Below are positions 20,094-31,501 of a stretch of 64,000 bases of DNA, in pieces. Location of the stretch: contig JAUCBJ010005093.1 of NCBI GenBank assembly GCA_032718475.1, forward strand, positions 25,880 through 89,879. The letters run 5' to 3'. The position numbers were made by a program, and so were the translations under genes. The stretch comes from Nemertoderma westbladi (Eukaryota > Animalia > Xenacoelomorpha). The notes under the pieces were generated by a model. That model did not search any database and had not been told where the DNA came from. It saw nothing but the letters and a program-made list of their open reading frames with translations. The first letter of the stretch is position 1. Each line of letters opens with the position of its first letter.

Positions 20094-20661
20094 TTACATC
20101 AAAAACCCACCACCAAACAATAATAAATTATTAACCAGTTTGTTGAACATAGGATAATATATATGAAATTTAAATGGAGAACACATTAATGTACATTTAC
20201 CAGTGTAGAAGCAGCAAACAACAACAATATTATTTATTCTGACTTTACAGTTATTGAATATTGCGGGGTCGTATGAAATTTCTAGTTTAACATTATCAAA
20301 TATAACATAAAACCCGATATTGTTTATAAGTAACCTTATAGATTACGGTGTCGATACTAAAAATATAAGTACACAAAAAGATAGATTTAAAAATCAAATT
20401 AATGTTTGTTTTTTCGAATATATGCTTTTTAACTTTATTAAAATTATATTTTCTACCAAGAATTGTTATTCGTCCATTTGTAAACATTAATATGGTTGCA
20501 CCAAATACCTTATATATAAACTGATTAGGTTTGAGTACAATTTTACCTGTCAATTGAATTTTTAATTCTTTTAAATTAAGTCCATAAATGATCTGCTTAC
20601 AACTTATATTTTTATTTACTATTTGATAATTCATCATCATCATCACCTTTCGGTTCTTCAT
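20094..20661 (-). pseudogene. Divergent intronless TATA-binding-protein-like gene (two TBP half-repeats, one frameshift ~20340)
   Basis: First half ATILMFTNGRITILG (cf. TBP TTALIFSSGKMVCTG). Second half, in the shifted frame, ISYDPAIFNN..IVVVCCFYTGKCTLMC (cf. SYEPELFPG..IVLLIFVSGKVVLTG). Confidence 0.62.
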
Positions 20662-21723
20662 AAATTGGTATATTTGATATTTTTATAGGTTTTTTGAGGT
20701 TTGTTTTATAGTGTTTTTATAGTAGTTTTTATTAAGCCAATAAAGTTTATCATCAAAGCTACTGAGTGCCAGCCGCGTAGCCAGGAATTTCCCACGGTAG
20801 GGTCCCAGACCCCAAATTGTAATTCATATTTATAGTAGTTGTGGGTGTGGGGGAAGAGCCCCCCCCCCCCCAGCGTAGTCCAGGTGTGATTGTTTGGAAT
20901 TTTAACAAAATGACGCCATACGTGATGTGTAATGTTTAGTAGGGTACGCAGCAAACTTCGCTTAACAAACTTAACTTATTCTTAAAAACTAGTACTATAG
21001 GCCCTACTACCATGGAATCATAACAACATGTATTGATAACATAAAAGTATTGCAAAATGACAGTAGGCAAATTTCAATTTTACCCCTTCATGTCATTTAA
21101 ATTAAGGGACGTAAAGTTTAAATGTGCTTCCGTTTTTTAAATACCTTATTTACAAATCGGCGATTTCCATTTAGTTAAATGTCGCTTCGTGAAACAATCC
21201 CCCACCCCACACCATGGTATATTATTTTATAAACTGCCACATTTTGAAATTGAACTAATTATGGTACCAGTACATTATTAATAATACACTTTTTTGATTT
21301 ATTGAAAGTCAAAAAAAAACGTTTTTTTGTTAAAAAAAATTAATGTTCTAATCAATTACATTTCAAAGTAATTTTCATGGTATTAATAATAATATTGAAT
21401 TAAAATACATAGCCACCCACAGGTTATTTAGTTCTGACTCGGCAAGACAAGCTACGCAATATCCAATCACGTTGGTCAGTGTACCCAGAAAAAATTACAT
21501 AATTCATTATATTACATCAGAGTCAGCGTGCCTATCTTATTTATGCTATCTTTCATTGGTATATATTGAACCCTGCTTGACAGGCAAGGCACAGCGACGT
21601 CGTCTAACCAAAGCACAGAAACCAAGGCAGGAGCCAGTGGGCGCCCCCCTGCAGTGGTCAATTGGGCTCCATTTCATTGCTTTACATTACAGACTATTAA
21701 ACTGGTTGAGAGATTATATAATA

Positions 21724-22200
21724 CTAGCTGCAGGCGGCCCTTCGGGCCGCCTACAGCTAGTCACATTTGATCACACTAAAAACAATAAGTGACATTATAC
21801 ACCATGTCCCGTAATATACAGTAGTGTCATTTTCTGATGACACGGACAGACCCCCCCCCCCCCAGATTTTTCTACAAATCTTTATCATATTGCTTGAAAT
21901 TTGAAACACAACTAGTTCCACTCACCGTCGATGACCCCATGAAGCCGGAATTTTGGATTTTGCCTTTACATTTTTTTTTATAACCGTTTTAAAAAAGTGT
22001 CTTTTGCGAAACCGCACCCTCCGCATCGTGGCCATTATTCACATTAGTCGTAATATTTCATATTTCAAATCATTAGATAGCTTGCGTTGCAAGGATTCCA
22101 AATATGTAACAATATCTGAATTTCGTTGAGAAACAACTGAGATATAGGAGTTCAAATATTGAAAGAATTATCGTTCGCTGCAGGCCATTTATTCTATTTA
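21724..22200 (-). mobile_element. Putative non-autonomous Helitron/Helentron-type element
   Basis: Near-perfect hairpin CTAGCTGCAGGCGGCCC-TTC-GGGCCGCCTACAGCTAG ending in CTAG, and a nearby GGACAGAC motif. Right boundary uncertain. Confidence 0.4.
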
Positions 22201-22280
22201 ATAAATACACAAAATTCTAGAATGTGCTATTTATTTTATAAGTTGGCTGGCAACAGCGGTAATCCTATCCAATATATCTA

Positions 22281-23300
22281 TTGCATAGCTATTCATACTT
22301 AAACAAATGTTCCAGAATATCGTGTATTTATTCCTCCTTTAACAGCCGCTGGATTGGTTGTGTGGGGTGCGAGTGTTGGGTTTGCTACGAATGCGCCTTC
22401 GATGCCCTACCCTCCCGCCAGGTCAATGGTGCAGAATGCTTCTACGACCGAGCTAACTCCGGACACGACGAATATTCGCCATGGGTTTACCTGTGTCGCG
22501 ACTGTCACAAATGCATTACTCGCAGTCGCAGCGATAAACCGAAGAGTTCCGGAATCACTCTTGAGGATCGTGTTGAACAGTTAAGTAATCTAGTCGCATC
22601 TCAATCGGACCTTATAAGAACTGTGACTGCAGATCTGAAAACAAGGGAGGACTCCCTAGGTTGCGAGTCTAATGCTCCACGGGGTGTTCACAATAGTAAC
22701 CCTGCACGTCTAGCACAGGTTGTTGAATCCTCCATTAAGGATGTACTTCACAATGAGCAAATTCGCAAAGAAGTTATTGTCGCTCGCCTACCGGAGTCCA
22801 ACGGCCCAAGTGCAGACAGAGCAGCTGTAACAAAATTATGTGAAGAATTTTCGGTTGACCCGCTTTCCGTTGGTGATATATCAAGGTTGGGACGTCACTG
22901 TGAAGGTCGCGATCGTCTCCTGAAGGTTTCCTTCTCTTCCGACTTAGAGGCCCGAAACCTGCGAGTGAACCACAACCTGAACCGCTCCAACGAGAACGTC
23001 TCGGATATCTCGAGGAAATTAAGGATCCGACCAAGCCTCCCGGTAGGGGAACGGAAGTTGATGAGCGACCGATCAAAGTTAGTTCACTCACTGAACAATG
23101 CGGCAAACAACGAGGAGGTAAGTTTCAGTTTGCGATCGGACGGTTCAATTTGGAAGTTTGAACACCACGAAGATGGAAAGTGGAAACGCAACCGCCAATG
23201 GAACCATCAACAAGTTAGCGATGACCATACGAGAAATCACGCGTCGGAATCATCGCGGCCCTCAGTCGGAGCTCTCTCCCAGGCCCAGGGAAACAAGTAA
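22281..23300 (+). CDS. LINE ORF1 (PHD-like finger, coiled coil, RRM-like region)
   Basis: WIGCVGCECWVCYEC..YLCRDC; RLG..RLLKVSF; LRIRPSL. True start uncertain because there is no early AUG. Confidence 0.8.
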   Translation: MHSYSYLNKCSRISCIYSSFNSRWIGCVGCECWVCYECAFDALPSRQVNGAECFYDRANSGHDEYSPWVYLCRDCHKCITRSRSDKPKSSGITLEDRVEQLSNLVASQSDLIRTVTADLKTREDSLGCESNAPRGVHNSNPARLAQVVESSIKDVLHNEQIRKEVIVARLPESNGPSADRAAVTKLCEEFSVDPLSVGDISRLGRHCEGRDRLLKVSFSSDLEARNLRVNHNLNRSNENVSDISRKLRIRPSLPVGERKLMSDRSKLVHSLNNAANNEEVSFSLRSDGSIWKFEHHEDGKWKRNRQWNHQQVSDDHTRNHASESSRPSVGALSQAQGNK

Positions 23301-26161
23301 AGGGAGGGTCTAGCCCAGCACTGGGACCGTTCATTAAGTGTTGTCATTTTAATGCTCGCTCATTAAAAAATAAACTGATAGAGTTACAATATTTACTATC
23401 TGATCAACAATACGATATAGTTTGCATAACTGAGACGTGGCTTAATAACGATGTACCAAATTCTTTACTAGTGAATGGAAGTAACTACTCGGTAATTGCC
23501 AGGGCTGACCGTAAACTCCGCGAGGGTGGAGGCGCCGCGATTTTAGCTCGTAACAATCTTAAATGTGTCGAAGTACCTCTCCCTGCTAACTCAAACAATA
23601 CAGAATACTCGTTGGTGGTCATTGATATATTAGGCCATCTCGCTCTCTCCCATCGGTTAGCCTGTGTGTATAGGCCACCTCCCCGTCCGGATGTTTCAGA
23701 TCACAGTCAGATCCTCTGGAATGACCTATCAGTTCTTTGTGATGTTGTTTTTCCGTTTACCATTGTAGGTGATTTTAATTTTCCCCAATTCGATTGGAAA
23801 GAATTTTCTTACCCCGACAATTACCTGTATAATAAATTCGGTGATTTTGTGTTACAAAATAGTTTATACCAGATCCAGTTAGTCCCCACTTGTGGAGATA
23901 ATGTTCTGGATCTAGTGTTTACTACTGACCGGAAATTTATCAGCGACGTTCACACTGACGCGCCGTTTTCCACTAGTAACCACGATTGTGTTGTGTTTGA
24001 TATCATTGTATGTAGAAATGACAGCGCACCTGCACCTATTACGGGATACTATGACTACTCAAACGGAGACTATACTTCTTTTAATAATTATATTAGAAAT
24101 GCTGATCTTATTTCACAGCTTGCTTCTTGTACTACAGTGAATGAATATTACAATACTTTTAGTGCTGTAATTAAATCAGGTGTTGAACAATTTGTTCCTT
24201 TTAAATCGTTTAATGTCGATAAAAGAAAAAGTTATCCTTTATATGTTAAGCGCCTGCAGCGCGCAAAAAAAAAGCTGTGGAAAAGGCGTAATACCGCGCA
24301 TGGGAAACAGGCGTATCAGCGGGTGGCACTACTAGCTTCCAAAGCGGCTCTTCGTGCCACCTGCGCATACGAAACTAAAATTCTCAACTCGGCCGACCCC
24401 AATAAAATATTTAAATATATGAACTCCAAAAGGAAGGATCGTAATGTAATTGGACCTTTGAAACATAACGGCGAAACTGTAGTAGATGACAGTACTAAGG
24501 CGAAAATTTTCGCCAACGTGCTAGCGGAAAATTTTTCGAATGACAACCACAGTGTCCCAATATTCAACCGTAGGGTTCCTACTGGTACATATTTGTCTAC
24601 TGTAGATTTATCCCCAGTTCGTGTGTTAACAATGTTAACTAAAATGCCAGCCAAAAAGAGTGCGACGCCAGACAACTTGCCTAGCATTTTATTTGCCAGA
24701 TTAGCTATTAATATCGCCGCACCACTATCTGTTTTATTTAAGTTATCTCTCGAAACATACACACTTCCATCTGCATGGCTCACAGCTACTATTATACCAA
24801 TGTTTAAAAAGGGTGATCCTTGTAACCCATACAATTACCGTCCAATATCGTTAACGTGCATATCTTGTAAAGTGATGGAAATGTGTATAAAAAGTGACAT
24901 TATTCTGTATCTACGCAATAATAATATTATTTCGAAGTCCCAACACGGGTTTCTTCATCGTAAATCCACGTGTACCCAGCTATTAGATTGTGTGACTGAC
25001 TGGTTTCGTATTTTAGATAAACGTAGGAATATCGATATTATATATGTTGACTTTCCCAAAGCTTTCGATTCTGTAGTTAAATCAAAATTATTGTGTAAGT
25101 TAGCTGCTTATGGGATTTCTGGAAATCTACTAGATTGGTTGAATGCTTTCCTCTCAAACAGATCTCAACAAATTATTGTCGGAAATGAGTTTTCACCATT
25201 AGTTGCTGTGAAATCAGGCACACCCCAAGGAAGTGTTCTGGGACCAGTGCTATTTCTTGTTTTCATTAACGATCTGCCAGACCTGTTAAATCCCATAGCA
25301 GTGAAACTTTTTGCTGATGATGTGAAATTGTATTCTAGTACAACCGAGAGTGAATCCCTCGCCCAAGCACTCAGCAAGCTGGAGGCATGGGCGAGCGAAT
25401 GGCAGCTCTCTATTGCAACCCATAAATGTATTGTTATTTATGTTGGCTCATCCAATGCGAAGCGCGAATACACTCTCAATTCGTCTGTGCTCACCTCTGA
25501 TACACACTGTAAGGACCTGGGCCTAACAATTTCATCCGATCTAAAATTCGATCTTTATTGTAGAGACCAAACAGCAAAAGCTTACAAAGTTATCAATATG
25601 TTATTCCGGAGCATCGTAACTAGTAACCGTCAAGCTTTAATAATAGCTTATAAAGCCATAGCTCGGCCACTTGTAGAATATTGCACGCCTGTCTGGTCTC
25701 CACATACAAAACGCAGCATAGACATGATTGAGGGTGTTCAACGCTACTTTACTCGTCGTCTGTGTATGCGCTGTAAGATACCCTACTCTAGCTACATGGA
25801 CCGCCTCGAACTGCTTTCCCTACAACCTTTAGAAGTGCGTCGAATGATATTCGACCTAAAAATGGTTTACAAAATTACACACGGTCTTGTTGATCTTGAC
25901 TTTGATAATTATTTCTCTCAAGCTCCCCGAGCTGGTCTTCGTGGCAACAGTAGGAAACTTTACGTACCTAGGTGTCGTTTAGATATCAGCAAACATTCTT
26001 TCTCATCTCGTGCAGTCAGATTATGGAATAATCTCCCTTCTTCAGTAGTTGATTCTTGTAACCTGAACATATTTTCACGCAAGTTGCTGGCGATCGACTT
26101 TTTGGAACACTGTAATTTTACACGACCCCCTGGCAATCCATTATTTTTAGCACAACAGTGA
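23288..26161 (+). CDS. LINE ORF2: apurinic endonuclease + reverse transcriptase
   Basis: Frame is open upstream of the track start: FNARSLKNK, ITETWL, GDFN, LDLVF, SNH; RT NYRPISL, DFPKAFD, GTPQGSVLGP, FADD; CR1-like C-terminus FSSRAVRLWNNLP. Confidence 0.95.
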   Translation, partial: GKQVKGGSSPALGPFIKCCHFNARSLKNKLIELQYLLSDQQYDIVCITETWLNNDVPNSLLVNGSNYSVIARADRKLREGGGAAILARNNLKCVEVPLPANSNNTEYSLVVIDILGHLALSHRLACVYRPPPRPDVSDHSQILWNDLSVLCDVVFPFTIVGDFNFPQFDWKEFSYPDNYLYNKFGDFVLQNSLYQIQLVPTCGDNVLDLVFTTDRKFISDVHTDAPFSTSNHDCVVFDIIVCRNDSAPAPITGYYDYSNGDYTSFNNYIRNADLISQLASCTTVNEYYNTFSAVIKSGVEQFVPFKSFNVDKRKSYPLYVKRLQRAKKKLWKRRNTAHGKQAYQRVALLASKAALRATCAYETKILNSADPNKIFKYMNSKRKDRNVIGPLKHNGETVVDDSTKAKIFANVLAENFSNDNHSVPIFNRRVPTGTYLSTVDLSPVRVLTMLTKMPAKKSATPDNLPSILFARLAINIAAPLSVLFKLSLETYTLPSAWLTATIIPMFKKGDPCNPYNYRPISLTCISCKVMEMCIKSDIILYLRNNNIISKSQHGFLHRKSTCTQLLDCVTDWFRILDKRRNIDIIYVDFPKAFDSVVKSKLLCKLAAYGISGNLLDWLNAFLSNRSQQIIVGNEFSPLVAVKSGTPQGSVLGPVLFLVFINDLPDLLNPIAVKLFADDVKLYSSTTESESLAQALSKLEAWASEWQLSIATHKCIVIYVGSSNAKREYTLNSSVLTSDTHCKDLGLTISSDLKFDLYCRDQTAKAYKVINMLFRSIVTSNRQALIIAYKAIARPLVEYCTPVWSPHTKRSIDMIEGVQRYFTRRLCMRCKIPYSSYMDRLELLSLQPLEVRRMIFDLKMVYKITHGLVDLDFDNYFSQAPRAGLRGNSRKLYVPRCRLDISKHSFSSRAVRLWNNLPSSVVDSCNLNIFSRKLLAIDFLEHCNFTRPPGNPLFLAQQ

Positions 26162-26442
26162 CAAATATCTTTTTTGTCATTTTTTTTATTGTTTTAGTTT
26201 TTCGTCTCGTTTTTCTTTTTATAAGTCTCAATTTTATTAGAAATTTAAAATATTATAGCAATTTGTAAAGTGTACTGTATGTGCATTACAGTATATTTTA
26301 TGTTCACTTTATAGTACCCAAACTCCCGTAAGTGCCTTGAGCCTGGGCAGTTTCCCTCCCTCGACCTTTTGTGTATTCTTTGTTCTGTATGTATGTTTCT
26401 ATGTTATGTGTATTTCACATATTTTAATATCGAGTTTTTAAA

Positions 26443-26473
<31 letters not shown>

Positions 26474-28037
26474 AAAAGACGTAACGCCGTTCTGTATATC
26501 GTTCTTTATAATTGCCAAACCCTTTATTGAATAATTAATTAATAATTTCCCTACGCATGATAATATGGTAGTGGCAGGCTACAATCTCTAACACAGTTTG
26601 ATTGAATACAATTTTGTTGTAGGCAATTGTATACAAATTAATAACAATTAAAACGTATAACATGAATTGAATTTTTTGTATAATGACCAGTCAGGAACAA
26701 ATAATGAAATAAACAGCAAAATCAAAGTAAAATATCACAGAATAAGTAAACAACAAATATATGGCCCATTACGTAAATGGTTTTGATATTTCGGTTAAAG
26801 TTAATCACAGACTTAAAAAGAATATGTTTATGACGTAATAATAAGTGACAACAACGTAATGAATTGCATCAATTAAAATACTTTGAGTTAATATTATTCA
26901 CTAGATTTATAGATCTAATTTGTAGTCTATATAAAATAATGTACATATAGTGGGTTTAATAAATAATACCTCACAACAATGTTAAATTATTAAAAGGAGC
27001 AGGTTACAGTTGGCAGTTGGCTACAGAGGCACATTATTATTATATCCTTCGGGTAAACAAAAAAAAAACAGGTTACAGATTTATTTCTGGGAGAGTAATC
27101 AGTACTTATTTGAATCGATATCTCCCTGGAGAGGGATGATTTTGATTGCATCGCAAATCCTCCCTATCTGAACAAATCATATTTAAAAAATTAAATGTTA
27201 ATTATAATTATAGCTGAGTGAGCTTAATTTATTAAACTGTAATAATAAATCAATAGGCCTAGGCGCTACAAAAGTACAATTTAAAAACTGAAACAATAAA
27301 TAGTTTGTAATAACAGTTAATGTGAAGTTTTCAAATCGAAATCGAATCGAAAGTTTTGTAGTAATGCTGTCCCTGCGCCCTGCCCCTTCAACTGAAAACT
27401 GGGGACCTCCCAATAATAAGAATTCCAATCTTTAGTCCTCGGCTGTTGAAATCCACCATCCGTACAGCAGTACAGACAAATAAGTCAATCCCCCACCTGT
27501 CAGTGCTGGTTTAAGGGGACTTCCTGGTCCTGGCAGACTTGAATTCTGTAATTGGTAGGTCTAATCACTAATGCAGTAATGTGTGAATCCAGAGGGTAAA
27601 GGCGAACTCGCATTCAGGTAGATATGCTTTATTTATGAGTTCAGGTTAAATAAATCACAAAACCAACTGAAAACTATAAAACCCAAAATATAAGCTACTG
27701 TACAGTGCAGTAGGCCTGCAGTAACTACACTACAGTAATATAGAGATAGGCCTTGCAGTACAGCAGTATAACAATACATATACACAATAAACATTGAATA
27801 CAGGCATGCCAGACAGCCAGAATGAGTATTGTACAACATACCATCGGCCTACTGTATGCCATTTACATGTGGAAAATTCCTCCATTACCGCGAATTTTAA
27901 AATTAGCCAATCATCAATCTCAGATTAGATAATAGAAGTGACAGCGTCTATCGCATAATGTTTATTTTATGTGACAAAATAACATTGTTCTGATATGTAA
28001 CAAATCATGTTCTTAAAATGTTAGAACTAAACACTTA

Positions 28038-29241
28038 TGTAAAAGCTTTTGCTGAATTGTCCGGTTATTTTTCCTTATTTTTCCCGTAAAATACTCTGTA
28101 GTTGGTTTACCAGGCATAAAAAGGCCGTGTCCTTGCTGTACTGGTGTTTTAGCGGACATAAAAGCTATTTCTTCTGTATTTGTACTTTAGAGGACATAAT
28201 CCGTAATTCCGTGACGTAAAAGCTCGATACTCTTGAAAACAGTGTCGCTACCATGACGACAGCTAGCAGCTGATATTGCCACGACGTTTCTTTGTTTCTC
28301 TGTTCTCTCGTTGTTCAGGTTGACCAATCAGAGCGTTTGTTGTCTTTGTGTTGGAGGTATATACAGAACTAGAGTAGTTCAGTGTTATGTTTTTGCCCAG
28401 AGCCTAAGAACCGGCTTTGGCACCTCCGTGTTTTCAGTTTTTAGTCTTACACTAGTAGGTTTAATTATAAAGGGCATATATCCTTTAACTCATGGAATCA
28501 CTGCTGACTGATCATACATGCTGACTGCTGAAACATTGCAAACTCATAACAATCAGTGTTTTCATTGTTGTTTTATACTGCTATTTACTGTCAGTTCTTC
28601 ATAACATGGTTGATGAATTATTATATTTGGAATAACGATAAATAACCCCGAAACCCAATATTCTTGATATACCGAAGGTAAGAGAGAAGGGTTACAGATA
28701 AACGATTGTGACTTATGTTAAAGTGGTTTGAAGTGAATCTAATGTTATTTGATAGACCCTACATGAGTCAGTCCGTGTTCCTTTTATATGTGACTAAAAT
28801 CAGTGAAGATTGGCAAATTAGTGTGCAGTATTGTGCAGCATTGTGTATGAGTGAGTCTGTTAAAGAAGCAATTCCTAAAGAATGCGCCATATATGTGAAT
28901 TATAATTAAGCCATATCGTTGTGAGTAGTTTAAGTCATAACTCTGTTTATATAGATAAAGCGCCACGTCCTAAAGGAACTGTTAATATTACCGAAGGTGA
29001 ATAATATTGTCAGAGATTATATAATACTGTCAGTCGAATAATACATTAGGCTTACATAGCAATAAAATTAAACCGTCGAACCCAATCTCCCAGGAATATC
29101 CAGCGGGTGAATGATCGCGCACAGATTGGTTTCGACTAGTGTAGTGAATCAAATACTTGTCATAGACTAAAAACCGATTTAATATCTAGCAGACATCTTA
29201 ATTTGGTGGGTTAAACTGCCAAAGGTCTGAAAGCGCGAACA
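28038..29241 (+). repeat. 5' LTR of element B (1204 bp)
   Basis: Near-identical to 38886..40092 (one 3-nt indel and a handful of substitutions seen). CCAAT ~28324, TATATA ~28358, donor AAG|GTAAG ~28677. Confidence 0.96.
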
Positions 29242-29664
29242 TTAAAGGATATAGCTTCTTTGTTGCAGTAAGCAATAAAGTTGAAAGTACCGGTCAACCG
29301 GTAAACCTGAACCGGTACATCTATAGGTCGGTAGGCTCAACCGTTAGAACCGGTACATCTGTGGGTCAGTAGGCCCTACTGCTAGAACCGGTACTTCTGT
29401 AGGTCCATAGGCCTAGCTGTCCTAACCGGTGCTTCCGTATAAGTACACTAGTATTATTCGATTTGATTGTTGTATACCGGTAGGCTGTTTGAGGGATTAG
29501 GGATTGATCACCCCTTATACCTTTATATGGTTTACTTATCTCTGTCAAGTTTTATTTATCTGTAGGCCAGTATTGAACAGAAGGCGTGTAAGCCTGATCA
29601 GATTGTACAGACGATTTGTAGGCTGAGCTGTTGTCTGATTGCTGTTAAGTCCGAACGAATTGCA

Positions 29665-30180
29665 GTGTGTGTAGATCACCTGTCCGATTAAGTACGATTA
29701 GGCAGTAGGGGCAGCGAACGCTGTAAGGTAAACCCCCAACTAAAGAATAAGTCGCACTACTGGGTTAGAGCGCATACTCCCTAATCATTTCGGAGTCTGC
29801 ATGTCCTGAGGTTTATTTAGGCTTGAGAGTAGTCTGCCATCGTTTAGTCTGTACTTTGTTTGTGTAAGTCTGTACGGGTAGCGTATAATTTTATTTAGAT
29901 AATTTGTAGGCTGGATAGTTGTCTGGCTGTTATTAGGTCTGAACGGATTGCCGCGTGTGTAGATCATCTGTCCGATTAAGTACGGTTAGGCAGTAGGGGC
30001 AGCGAACGCTGTAAGGTAAACCCCCAACTAAAGAATAAGTCGCACTACTGGGTTAGAGCGCATACTCCCTAATCATTTCGGAGTCTGCATATACCGTAGT
30101 TTGTTTAGGCTTGATAGTAGTCTGTCAGTGTTCGGTCTGTATTTTGTTTGAGTAGTTTGTACGCGTAGCGTAATATTTAT
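29665..30180 (+). repeat. Tandem duplication (~290-bp period) in the leader of element B
   Basis: GTGTGTAGATCA..GGGGCAGCGAACGCTGTAAGGTAAACCCCC..GGAGTCTGCAT occurs twice; single copy in element C (~48260-48480). Confidence 0.85.
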
Positions 30181-31501
30181 TATTCAGAGTTTATGCGATT
30201 ATCCGCAACATTCATTCCCCAAGTTTGTTCCTACAGTAATTGTGTTTGTTATACATACCGCTATAGTTAAATTAACCCCGGTACTACACGGGCTGCTCGG
30301 CGTAGGTAAAGACTGGTGATTTTGTGCATCGGTCACTCCAGCAGATGCCGTGGTTCTTTTAGCTGTCCAAGTATATTTAACTACTGATTATCTGTTGTAC
30401 AAGTACTTGTACCTAATTTAGGGTTTAGTGTACAGTGCTTTCCGAAGTAATTATTGTAGACATTATATCTGTGTTGTAAAGTGGTTGATAGGCACATTCG
30501 ATTAGCTCTATTAACTTCTAGGTAGGAGCACTCCGTGATACATAACGTAGAACCTATAGCGATACGGCTATAGGTCGTCAGGCGGTGGTATTTTTCTATC
30601 TGGACAACGCAGTGTATTTACTACTACTTATTATTTCAAATACCGTAATACCCTGTCCATTGTAATAACCAGATTTCTAACCCTTTGTTAGGCTGGTTTG
30701 TAGACTTCTTGTAAAATTACCCTGAAAATTCGTATTTTGTGTTTTTTGTAAATTTTTGTGTTTATTTAGAGATTGTAATCTCACCCGAATTGTACGTAAT
30801 CTGTAGTATTAAGTAACTTAGGTAAATTAGTATTATTTGTTTTAGTGTCCTATCAGTAACACTTCACTGAAAGCGCACCGCTTTGTGTAGTGATTACTCT
30901 CCAGAAATAATAACATTTATTTCAAACATTGACAAAACCCATTATAACGGGTATATATATTATAAATCAAATCTAACGATTTATAAATAGTAGGCCTACC
31001 ATACAACCATTAGGTCTCCATATCAGTTGGTCTACTGCTCAAATAGCGGTAATAAAGTAAGAAAAGTAACCAAGTAACCCTTAAAATTCAGAAATTCAAT
31101 TATTTAAAATAATTGACATACCAGTATTTACAATAGGCTTATTATATTTATTTCTATAAATTTTAGGTTGAAATCATACCGGTATTCTGTAATTAATTCT
31201 AGTCTGTAATTATACTTATATATATACACTATAAGTGTAAACTGCATACCGGTATTCACGATAGGCCTATTATATATTTATATATATTTGTGCTAAAATT
31301 ATATACCGGTTTCTGTGAAAAACCTAGTCTGTAATAATATTTATATATACCATAAGCATACCGGTATTCTAATATTATATATATCACGCTACACTGAGTA
31401 GCAGTATCGGTAATTAATTACTAGGCTAGCAGTTAATACTGAATTACTAGACTTGCTTTAACTGTATTTATAGCCGTAGGCATTCAACTGTGTAAACGAG
31501 C

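Larger units (their letters stand above)
22281..26476 (+). mobile_element. CR1-group LINE, near full length
   Basis: PHD-type ORF1, intact APE+RT ORF2, ~300-nt 3' UTR and (AAAT)n tail at 26441-26476. Confidence 0.92.

Noticed and set aside
27100-27630. Possible host exons on the minus strand
   Set aside because: Frames contain stops and no recognisable protein motif; cannot be supported.
28311-28966. Small ORFs repeated at 39162-39817 (and 46971/54180)
   Set aside because: Identical only because they lie in LTR copies; no coding signature.
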